NCBI GenBank assembly: GCA_004524445.1
Contig: SDNP01000015.1
Span: 1 to 64,000 of the forward strand
From: Candidatus Thorarchaeota archaeon
Lineage (GTDB): Archaea > Asgardarchaeota > Thorarchaeia > Thorarchaeales > Thorarchaeaceae
Direction of reading: 5' to 3'
DNA length: 64,000 nucleotides
Shown: positions 56,681 through 64,000 of the stretch, in pieces
Layout of the letters: each line of letters begins with the position of its first letter
Numbering within the stretch: the stretch's first letter is position 1
Position numbers and translations under genes: made by a program
The notes under the pieces: model-generated
What the model was told of the DNA's origin: nothing
The model's input: only the letters and a program-made list of their open reading frames with translations
Databases searched by the model: none

Positions 56681-58456
56681 ATGAACGTTTTTCTATTCTT
56701 ACTTGTTAGTTTGATTGTGCATTCATTACCCATCCCCTATCGGCCTGGAATGCTCCGGTTTCGTGGACTCATTCGATGGCTTCCTCTTAGACTGATTTGG
56801 GGCACTGTTGCGTGGGCGGCTATAACAATATTCATGATGCTTACTCTTCCGTGGGCAATCATTGGACTTGTCATGAGTTTTGGACTCATGATTCTTATGA
56901 CAGCAGGATTAGGCCGTAGAAATATCGAAGATATCATTCGGGGGGCACAAATGCCTATAGCTTGTATGGGCTTGATTATAGTCATTGCTCTTCCTGCCTT
57001 CACTGGAGTGATCACATGGACTTCTGATGTGTCTAACGCAGTATTTTTCGATGACATGATTGTGGAAACGGATGAACCGCTATTTGCAGAACCAATACCT
57101 GACCACATGGTTCGATTGGTTACAAAAGACTATGCAATTTATGTGGCAAGGCAACATATCGGTCCCTTTGGCTCAAATGTTCAGGTTGCAGCATCACATA
57201 TTACAACAAAGGAGGATAGACTTGTTTGGGTCTGTACCATAACTTCAACGAATGTCCTCGCTGAAAACTTCATCAAAGGATTTATTGTCGTGGATGCCAA
57301 TGACCCACAATCTATAGACCCCCTCCTTATTAACGGTTCAACAATTCCGGTTGGGGAGGGTCTATTTTGGGATAAGAATATCCGATTTGCCAACTATCTC
57401 AATGATATGGGTGCAGCCTATCAATACGCATATCCAACATGGGATCCTGCCGGTAATATGGTCTATGTGCAGACAAGAACCCCCCTCGGATATGATTTCG
57501 TAGAGCGAGCAATAGGGCCAGTAGTATATGCAGAGAATGGCAGTGTCTATAGATACGACACCATTGAAGGTACACCAAGCTGGATAACGCAAGCATACGC
57601 GGAGGAGTATTTGGAGAGGCAGGTTGCGAGATGGGGCGGATACAGAAGGGGAGATGGATTTGACCTCTTTGCGGGAGGACTTCTCTGGATAGTAGCACCA
57701 TCAAATGACCGTCTAGAAATCACAGAGGATACAAGATACATCGTAAGTCCGGATACTGGTCGCGTTGAGGCATTTCTAGCAGTCCATCCTGTTACTAGTT
57801 CACGTTCTCTAGCCGGCGTTTTTCGTGCAACTCAGAATAAAGTCTATTATCATGACTTGAGTGGTGAAAGCTTCATCAGTGGCACAGCGGCTGCTGATAA
57901 CGTCGTTGCAGACATTTCTCAACCCGCTTCAGGGTTCTATTTTGGTTCGATGCCACTTCTCTATCCGGTCAGAATAAACTCATCCTACTCGAAATGGACG
58001 TGGTATACTCCAATCTATTGGGCAGAAGGATCGTACGATGACGATGACCAATTCAGCATCCTCAACATGCGACTTCATGCACTGGCGCTGGTTGATGCTT
58101 CCAACGTTGATAGATATGCACGCATTGATGCAGGTGGATCGTTGACGGGAGGTTCTTTGGTTGAGCAGGTGAGAAACGAATACATCACATTGTTTGGCGG
58201 AGTCACAGAGGAAGAAGAAAACGAGTTCGAATTGACAGCCACTATCATGAATAAGTCACAATATGTAGAAGATGGAGATACCTACATAGTTTTGGGCACC
58301 GACAATTCTACCGCTCCCTATATTGAAGGCACCAGAAGCTGGATGAGCCTTGAAGACTGGTACACACTGCTTAACTTGGAGGTTGGAGATAACTTCACTG
58401 CAGTAGTTCATGTCTTTGAGGGGCAATATAGAATCAAAGCAATAGAAAAGAATTGA
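56681..58456 (+). CDS. Membrane protein with 3-4 N-terminal TM helices and a large extracytoplasmic beta-rich domain
   Basis: Hydrophobic N-terminal ~110 aa, aromatic/beta-rich remainder with N-x-S/T sequons. Confidence 0.75.
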   Translation: MNVFLFLLVSLIVHSLPIPYRPGMLRFRGLIRWLPLRLIWGTVAWAAITIFMMLTLPWAIIGLVMSFGLMILMTAGLGRRNIEDIIRGAQMPIACMGLIIVIALPAFTGVITWTSDVSNAVFFDDMIVETDEPLFAEPIPDHMVRLVTKDYAIYVARQHIGPFGSNVQVAASHITTKEDRLVWVCTITSTNVLAENFIKGFIVVDANDPQSIDPLLINGSTIPVGEGLFWDKNIRFANYLNDMGAAYQYAYPTWDPAGNMVYVQTRTPLGYDFVERAIGPVVYAENGSVYRYDTIEGTPSWITQAYAEEYLERQVARWGGYRRGDGFDLFAGGLLWIVAPSNDRLEITEDTRYIVSPDTGRVEAFLAVHPVTSSRSLAGVFRATQNKVYYHDLSGESFISGTAAADNVVADISQPASGFYFGSMPLLYPVRINSSYSKWTWYTPIYWAEGSYDDDDQFSILNMRLHALALVDASNVDRYARIDAGGSLTGGSLVEQVRNEYITLFGGVTEEEENEFELTATIMNKSQYVEDGDTYIVLGTDNSTAPYIEGTRSWMSLEDWYTLLNLEVGDNFTAVVHVFEGQYRIKAIEKN

Positions 58457-58462
58457 ATAGGC

Positions 58463-58479
58463 GGGGGACTATGTCCCCC
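58463..58479. terminator. Hairpin between convergent genes
   Basis: GGGGGAC-TAT-GTCCCCC perfect 7-bp stem. Confidence 0.5.
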
Positions 58480-58506
58480 ATCTCTCTTTGTTTGAAATAG
58501 AGTTGA

Positions 58507-59061
58507 CTAGCTTTTACCCATCATTTTTCTCTTCAAGGCGGCATATTTGTCCTTGATTGCACCCCAGATCTTTGAGCGAGTTGATTGATATGCAGTTGTA
58601 TGAATGGGACATTGATCCCCTAAGGGACAATCGTCAGAGAAGCCACCATATGAATGCAAAGCATCTGGTAAGGTATCGTTTACCAACTCATTCTCGAAGT
58701 CGTTCATAATCTCGCCCGTCACGTGAGTCCATTCAATATCATTGAATCGGGGTTTTGCCAGCACATCATTAACGGCACGAAATACTGTTTCTGCTACTTC
58801 AGGTCTATTCTCAGATAAGCCAATCACTACTGACTGTCCACCGGGAGTAGTCTTGGAGAATCGCATCTGTGTAGGCCCCATCTGGATAGATTCCAATGAA
58901 AGACCAGAACCCAAAGTTGGCGGGATGGTTTCAATAGCCGAAAGAAATCCAGACAAAAGCTCTGGCTCTTTGAATGCGGTCTTGCAGAAATTCCCGTAGC
59001 ATTTACTATATATTGGAAGCCCTGATTCAGTATAGACCATCAAATATTCAAGAATAGGCAT
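58507..59061 (-). CDS. Longin-like domain protein with Cys-rich insert
   Basis: LMVYTESGLPIYSK...LLSGFLSAI...LESIQMG beta-beta-alpha-beta pattern; CPLGDQCPIH; basic C-terminal helix. Confidence 0.65.
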   Translation of the reverse strand: MPILEYLMVYTESGLPIYSKCYGNFCKTAFKEPELLSGFLSAIETIPPTLGSGLSLESIQMGPTQMRFSKTTPGGQSVVIGLSENRPEVAETVFRAVNDVLAKPRFNDIEWTHVTGEIMNDFENELVNDTLPDALHSYGGFSDDCPLGDQCPIHTTAYQSTRSKIWGAIKDKYAALKRKMMGKS

Positions 59062-59157
59062 GTGTATAGCTCCTTTCAGAACCGTTTTCCCTGTAAGCCA
59101 AAATACTTTGTGGCTATGCGATATTTATGGTTGCCTTCTCCATCATTTAACATATCA

Positions 59158-60342
59158 TCATTCTTTTGGAAGCATCTGCTTGAATACCTCTCTCTGAATC
59201 AAAAAGCGAAGAATTTCTGCAGTACCTCCGCCAATCGTCATCAATCTAGCATCTCTCAAAAACCGCTCTATGGGATAATCAGTTGTATAGCCTGAACCTC
59301 CAAGAATCTGAAGAGCATCATTAGTTATCTCAATAGCAGCCTCTGTCGTATAGAGCTTCGCAATAGAGGCTTCCTTCGTGATATTGTTGCCCTTGTCGTA
59401 CATTCGAGCTGCAGTCAGTGTGAGTGCGCGACCAGCCTCAAGTTTCATTGCCATATCTGCAATCTTGAAACTCACTCCTTCAAAGGCCCTTATAGGACGT
59501 CTGAATTGCTCACGTTCATTTGAATAATTCACTGCAACCTCAAAGGGAGTTCTGCCATATCCTATCGCCTCGCCTGCGATTGCAGTCCTTTCACTGTCTA
59601 GCTCATCCATGAGAATGGGAAATCCCTGTCCAACTTCGCCAAGTAACATATCGGATGATACGTGTACATCCTCAAGCTTGAGCCAGGAGACCCGAGCAGA
59701 TTTCATCCCAAGCAAGTCATGATCTTCTACAACACTGAAGCCATCAGTTGATGTGTCTACGATGAAGGCACTCATACCCTCTTTAGATTTGACATCAGGG
59801 TCAGTTATTGCAAAACAGCACATAAAATCAGCTTGACTGCCATTGGTTATGAATCTCTTCTCACCATTGATAATCCAGTCATCGCCATCCTTTTCTGCAC
59901 GTGTTTTCATCCCTGCAGTGTCCGATCCAACATCAGGCTCTGTAATCCCTATACACCCGATTCTGTCTCCACTGACAACAGGCATCAGGTATTTCTTTTT
60001 CTGTTCTTTTGTTCCAAATTTGCTTACAGGCATGCCATACAGAGTTGTTGATGCCATACGTGCCATGTCAAGCCCACCATTTGCTGCAGAAATCTCCTCA
60101 GCGATAATAATCTCATAGGAGAGCCCCTTATTTGACCCGCCTACTTCCTTATCATGCATAACACCCATGTACCCCGCCTTGCCAATTTTCCTAAGTAACT
60201 CTCGTGGATAGGGCCCTTCATCTATTTCATCAGCTATCGGGTAGATTTCTTTGTCACAGAATTTCCTGACTTCTTTTCGGAACTCGATTTCATCTTCTGT
60301 CCAAAGAACACTGCTCAAATAATCGTCGACCATGGTTGACAC
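59158..60342 (-). CDS. Acyl-CoA dehydrogenase
   Basis: ITEPDVGSD, NGEKRFITNG, REQF, QILGGSGY, RDAR, IGGGTAEI. Confidence 0.95.
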   Translation of the reverse strand: MSTMVDDYLSSVLWTEDEIEFRKEVRKFCDKEIYPIADEIDEGPYPRELLRKIGKAGYMGVMHDKEVGGSNKGLSYEIIIAEEISAANGGLDMARMASTTLYGMPVSKFGTKEQKKKYLMPVVSGDRIGCIGITEPDVGSDTAGMKTRAEKDGDDWIINGEKRFITNGSQADFMCCFAITDPDVKSKEGMSAFIVDTSTDGFSVVEDHDLLGMKSARVSWLKLEDVHVSSDMLLGEVGQGFPILMDELDSERTAIAGEAIGYGRTPFEVAVNYSNEREQFRRPIRAFEGVSFKIADMAMKLEAGRALTLTAARMYDKGNNITKEASIAKLYTTEAAIEITNDALQILGGSGYTTDYPIERFLRDARLMTIGGGTAEILRFLIQREVFKQMLPKE

Positions 60343-60417
60343 CTTTACAGAGCGATGAAATAATGCCTTAAATCAGTAACTAGTTAGGACATGAATTCCA
60401 ATTCCGCGAAGAATTGA

Positions 60418-60735
60418 TTATGCCTGGAAGACGAAGCGCTGCTTTTCATCATAGGAAAGCCTTACCTCCATCCCGATTTCAAGGTCCTCGATATCTCGCG
60501 AATTGCATAGTGCCAGAACAAGTGCGTTTCGCTCCAGCTTAACTATGCCTAATGTAATTGGTGCTTCGAATTTAGATGGAGGAAATTGAGAAACTGTATA
60601 GCTTTCTAGAGTCCCGTATTCAGATAGCTCTATTGCACGCATTGAACCACGTGAGATGCCGCATTTTGGGCAGATGCTTCTTTGAGGAATGATCACCTTG
60701 CCACAACTACTACACTCTGAAGCAGATATCGACAT
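60418..60735 (-). CDS. DUF35-type Zn-ribbon/OB-fold protein
   Basis: CSSCG...CPKCG, GTLESYT, LEIGMEV. Start reassigned to MSISASEC. Confidence 0.85.
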   Translation of the reverse strand: MSISASECSSCGKVIIPQRSICPKCGISRGSMRAIELSEYGTLESYTVSQFPPSKFEAPITLGIVKLERNALVLALCNSRDIEDLEIGMEVRLSYDEKQRFVFQA

Positions 60736-60813
60736 TTGACTTAACCTTGAGTGAATCACCCGCGCATGAAGAAAAAGATTTCGTGACAAAAACAAATCGA
60801 ACAGATTTCCACC

Positions 60814-61155
60814 CTATTTTGGAGTCCGTTTCTTAAGGGTCCTGACTACTGATTTAAGATGTTTCTTGATAAATCGGCGAAGTCTTGGATCCTCACTCAG
60901 ATAGATCATTGTATTTGGATTCATATCATCGACATTTCCCTCGACATCTATTGCATTGCCAAGGTCTCTTATGTCACTCCGAAATACTCGCTCTATTGCA
61001 TGCGGTGAGAAACCTTCTTTCTTGTAAACAGGCATGATTTGCCCCTTTTTTCCACTCCCTCCCAGTTTCAAAAGGGATAACACTAGTAACCAATGGTGCC
61101 AAGCCAGAGTGTAGTTTTCGAGAAACCGCATTACTTCTTCGATACTCTTAGACAT
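60814..61155 (-). CDS. Hypothetical basic protein, possibly winged-helix
   Basis: MSKSIEEV...WHHWLLVLSLLKLGGSGKKGQI; last gene of the GTPase-led cluster. Confidence 0.7.
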   Translation of the reverse strand: MSKSIEEVMRFLENYTLAWHHWLLVLSLLKLGGSGKKGQIMPVYKKEGFSPHAIERVFRSDIRDLGNAIDVEGNVDDMNPNTMIYLSEDPRLRRFIKKHLKSVVRTLKKRTPK

Positions 61156-61183
61156 ATTAATGGAGTCTCCAGTAAAAGCTTGT

Positions 61184-62572
61184 TCATTGTGATTCCTTTT
61201 CGTTGTTTTCCGACGCCTGCGAATGGGATGCATCCGTTTCTTTAGAATCATTAGCTTTATTTTCTTTAGGTGTTTCATTCCCCGTAATGTTAGATATCTG
61301 AACAGGGCGTATCTTTTCGCCTTCTATTTCAACTAGACCTGCATTGATAAATTTCTGTAACTGCCCTTTCAGTCTCACAGTCGGAACTCCTAAAGCGGAT
61401 GATAAGTGCGATAATGGAAACCATTGCGATTTATCAGCAATGATGAAATAGGCCTGAAATGTAGGCTCGTCTTCTGCGATTTGAACCAACACGTCCCATC
61501 TAGCTTCCAGCTCGCTAATTCTTGACCGAGCCAACTCAAAATCCGACATCGTAGTCCTATACTCACTTCTAATTTTGGAGAGCTGATTCTCCAAATCACC
61601 TATCGTGTGCTGCAGGTCAGCTCTCTCAGATTCTAATTGAATCTTTTCAGATTGGAGATTCTCAATGGCGGACTGCTGCTGTGCCACTGTTTCCTCCAGT
61701 GAGGATACTTTTCCTTTGAGGCGTGAGATTTCTTCTGCGCTCTTCTCGTATTCTACAACCAACTCTTCTGCAGAATCCAGCTTTGCAATTAGCTCTTTTT
61801 GCTGTTCTACCTCTGATTGTGCTTGGGCAAGCTCTCCAGAGATGATTGAATAGTCTGCATCTCGCTCCTCGATTTGGGTTATGAGGCGTTCCTTTTCATT
61901 TTCCAGTTTGTGGATTTCCTCTTCCAAATTCGCGAGCTTCTGCTCGTTCAGTTCATTACATTCATTCAACTCGTTTATTTCAGTTCTGAGAGCACTATTC
62001 TGAGCCCTCATGGTTTCCAATTCGTGTTCTCTTTCATTCAACAAAGCATGAGCCTTGACTAATCTCGTTCTCAAGTTTCCCAAATTCGATTGTAACGCTT
62101 TCGTAGAACCACGGCTTGCCTTTGACAAGATATCATATATTTCCTTGCGGCTCTCCTCAACAGCCTGATACACATGATGCAGTGAAGTTTCTGGAGATAA
62201 TGATGCCCGTAGTTCTTTTTTCACAACAGATACTGCAAGATTTGTAAAGACGCCAAGACCTGCATCCTGCAATTTCTTTGCAATACGCTCTATTGCATCA
62301 TCTGCCTCCTGTTGGACTGCATTCTCTGTGCTTCCCAAGCTGTCCTCAATAGACGAAAGAATATCATTCATTCTCAATTCAATACGTTCATAGGTCGAGC
62401 TAATCGAATCTGTAAACTCCAAGCCGGTTTTCTCACGGGGTGTCGATGACTCGAGCTGCCCCACGGAATCGGAGTCTGATTCTTTCAGAGCCTTATGCAT
62501 GAGTTCTCTGGTCTTCTGTTCAGTCTCAGAGTCATCTTCGAACTTTTTTTCGTCATGGGGAGGCACGGGCAT
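61184..62572 (-). CDS. Long coiled-coil protein with C-terminal winged-helix domain (track start 62593)
   Basis: About 200 aa of heptad repeats, then FPLSHLSSALGVPTVRLKGQLQKFINAGLVEIEGEKI. ATG 62572 lies 4 nt after the upstream stop. Confidence 0.8.
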   Translation of the reverse strand: MPVPPHDEKKFEDDSETEQKTRELMHKALKESDSDSVGQLESSTPREKTGLEFTDSISSTYERIELRMNDILSSIEDSLGSTENAVQQEADDAIERIAKKLQDAGLGVFTNLAVSVVKKELRASLSPETSLHHVYQAVEESRKEIYDILSKASRGSTKALQSNLGNLRTRLVKAHALLNEREHELETMRAQNSALRTEINELNECNELNEQKLANLEEEIHKLENEKERLITQIEERDADYSIISGELAQAQSEVEQQKELIAKLDSAEELVVEYEKSAEEISRLKGKVSSLEETVAQQQSAIENLQSEKIQLESERADLQHTIGDLENQLSKIRSEYRTTMSDFELARSRISELEARWDVLVQIAEDEPTFQAYFIIADKSQWFPLSHLSSALGVPTVRLKGQLQKFINAGLVEIEGEKIRPVQISNITGNETPKENKANDSKETDASHSQASENNEKESQ

Positions 62573-62576
62573 TTCC

Positions 62577-62954
62577 TCAGTGTAATATTCCACGATAACC
62601 GAGAGCTGTTAGCCTGGATGAGGTCGCTTTTAGTTTCTCAGAAACACGCGAAGCTTCCTGAATCTTCGACATCAGTTCTTTCCGGAATTCAGCAGTTGAG
62701 AGTTCACCTCGATCCAGACGTTCGGTGAGCTTTGCCCGATCCTCTTGCAGGACTTGCCGCTTCCGCTTGAGTCGTTCATATTCAGCAACAAGGGACACCA
62801 ATTCGTTTTTTGTTTCATCATCTAGCGTCTCCACACCAGGGGCGCTTCGCTGAATATCCGGTTTGTCACCACTAGTCAGGATTTCTCTTCCTCGTTTTTT
62901 CTGTTCTTTCTCTTTCTTTTTTCCGCGACGTCTCCATCTGTCAAGTAGTCCCAT
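62577..62954 (-). CDS. Small coiled-coil protein with basic amphipathic N-terminus and SHOCT/steadiness-box-like hairpin
   Basis: MGLLDRWRRRGKKKEK; LTERLDRGELSTAEFRKEL. Confidence 0.7.
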   Translation of the reverse strand: MGLLDRWRRRGKKKEKEQKKRGREILTSGDKPDIQRSAPGVETLDDETKNELVSLVAEYERLKRKRQVLQEDRAKLTERLDRGELSTAEFRKELMSKIQEASRVSEKLKATSSRLTALGYRGILH

Positions 62955-62971
62955 TTTTCCGTCTCCTATGA

Positions 62972-63541
62972 TTATTCTGTTAACATTGTTTGAATATTCT
63001 CGAGTTTTGTTTCAAGCTCCTGTCGCATTTCCCTAGCAACTGCAGCTTTCTTTTCATATTCGTCTGCACCGGCAGGATCATTCAATGCCATTTCCAGCAG
63101 TTCGTTTTCCTTCTCAAATAGCATAGCAATTTTCGTTGAGATTTGTTTTGATTGCCTCTGAATCTCACTTCGGTCAGCATCTTGGAGTTCTTGCTCTTCT
63201 ATTAGCTCCTCTGATTGATTGTCTTCCCCAATAATGAATTCAGAACTCTCAAGCTTTTTGAGGTCACCATTCTCACTGGTTAAGCGGACCTTGATTCCTT
63301 CCTTGAGAGTTGCCTCAAGGGTATTCATTCGGTCTTCAATTTGATGCATCTTTGACTCTAAGCGCTTCATGACAATAGTTTGATTTTCAACAGTTCTGAA
63401 AAGCTCATCTGCAAATTGCTCGAAATTCAGCCCATACTTGAAGCTGTCAAGAATATCCTTTATACTGGATATCTCTCTGACCAGCTTTTTTCGTTCTTCC
63501 TCGCTTACCAGACTTTTCATTTTACTATGTTCATCAGACAT
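62972..63541 (-). CDS. Coiled-coil hypothetical protein
   Basis: Two heptad blocks separated by an acidic linker; starts 3 nt downstream of the GTPase stop. Confidence 0.75.
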   Translation of the reverse strand: MSDEHSKMKSLVSEEERKKLVREISSIKDILDSFKYGLNFEQFADELFRTVENQTIVMKRLESKMHQIEDRMNTLEATLKEGIKVRLTSENGDLKKLESSEFIIGEDNQSEELIEEQELQDADRSEIQRQSKQISTKIAMLFEKENELLEMALNDPAGADEYEKKAAVAREMRQELETKLENIQTMLTE

Positions 63542-63544
63542 TTT

Positions 63545-64000
63545 TTAGTCAACCTCAATATCCCGTACTACTTTGAAATCAATTGTTTCAAAGGCTAACC
63601 CCCGAAGAAGGCCCAGCCATCTGTCTCTGAAGTCACGTTGATTCGCTTGCATCCCATAGGCTGGAATTCCAAGTTTCTTGCCCACCGTTTCCGGGGAAAG
63701 TGCCCCCGTGATATCTTGTTTGTTTGCAACTGCTATTATTCGAGCATAGGGTAGTTCATTCTTTAAGACAGGATATGCAACTCTTCGTGTCCAAGCGAGA
63801 TTATCATTGGTAGAGTCTGTGACTACAAACACCATGCTGCCAGATCGTATTATTTTCCCCCATTCTTGTACGAACCGGTCTTGCCCGCCCAAGTCAAACA
63901 TGCTAAATACATAGGGGTCAAAATTGGCTTTCAGCAAAGCTTTGTCCCCGAAAAATGTTGGTACATACTCCTGTGGAGGGCCTTTGGATGGTAGAGTGGC
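63545..64000 (-). CDS. Ras-superfamily (Arf/Rab-like) small GTPase, 5' end outside the window
   Basis: Frame open to 64000: EYVPTF (G2), FDLGGQDRF (G3), VFVVTDST, ANKQD (G4), MQA (G5-like). G1 is not in the window. Confidence 0.9.
   Translation of the reverse strand, partial: ATLPSKGPPQEYVPTFFGDKALLKANFDPYVFSMFDLGGQDRFVQEWGKIIRSGSMVFVVTDSTNDNLAWTRRVAYPVLKNELPYARIIAVANKQDITGALSPETVGKKLGIPAYGMQANQRDFRDRWLGLLRGLAFETIDFKVVRDIEVD

Noticed and set aside
60418-60735. DUF35 protein as scaffold of the thiolase/HMG-CoA synthase complex at 1-1484
   Set aside because: It is 59 kb away and next to an acyl-CoA dehydrogenase; the cognate DUF35 gene may lie just beyond the left edge. Cannot be assigned.
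1-64000. CRISPR arrays, tRNA/rRNA genes, IS elements, integrases
   Set aside because: No regularly spaced repeats, cloverleaf/T-loop signatures or transposase/recombinase motifs seen by eye; tRNAscan-SE and cmscan would be needed to exclude them.

Overview
Gene-dense archaeal chromosomal window, most likely from an Asgard archaeon (Thorarchaeota-like). This is inferred from the archaeal information genes (thermosome, S17e, ATP-dependent ligase, archaeal MetRS, HMG-CoA synthase/thiolase), eukaryotic-signature-type genes (small GTPase, two longin-like domains, C2H2 fingers) and a large double-HTH Lrp-like regulator. Most of the window is housekeeping or metabolic: mevalonate entry, TrxB, korAB-fumC-sdhAB, pterin synthesis, LeuBCD-like enzymes, a GH36 glycosidase and an acyl-CoA dehydrogenase. 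I recognised no tRNA, rRNA, CRISPR array or transposase. The most notable items are: (1) a small-GTPase/coiled-coil/winged-helix operon near a standalone longin-like gene, plus a 1549-aa Ig-repeat surface protein with a cytoplasmic longin-like tail, together a candidate receptor-longin-GTPase system; (2) a membrane-anchored subtilase with the domain order of eukaryotic Site-1 protease but no propeptide; (3) two single-C2H2 zinc-finger microproteins missing from the ORF track, divergent from the thermosome, whose promoter lies in a perfect inverted repeat; (4) a truncated cyanophycin synthetase; (5) several structured intergenic RNA candidates, an operator array and probable CTG start codons. 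All family calls come from motif recognition by eye; no searches were run.
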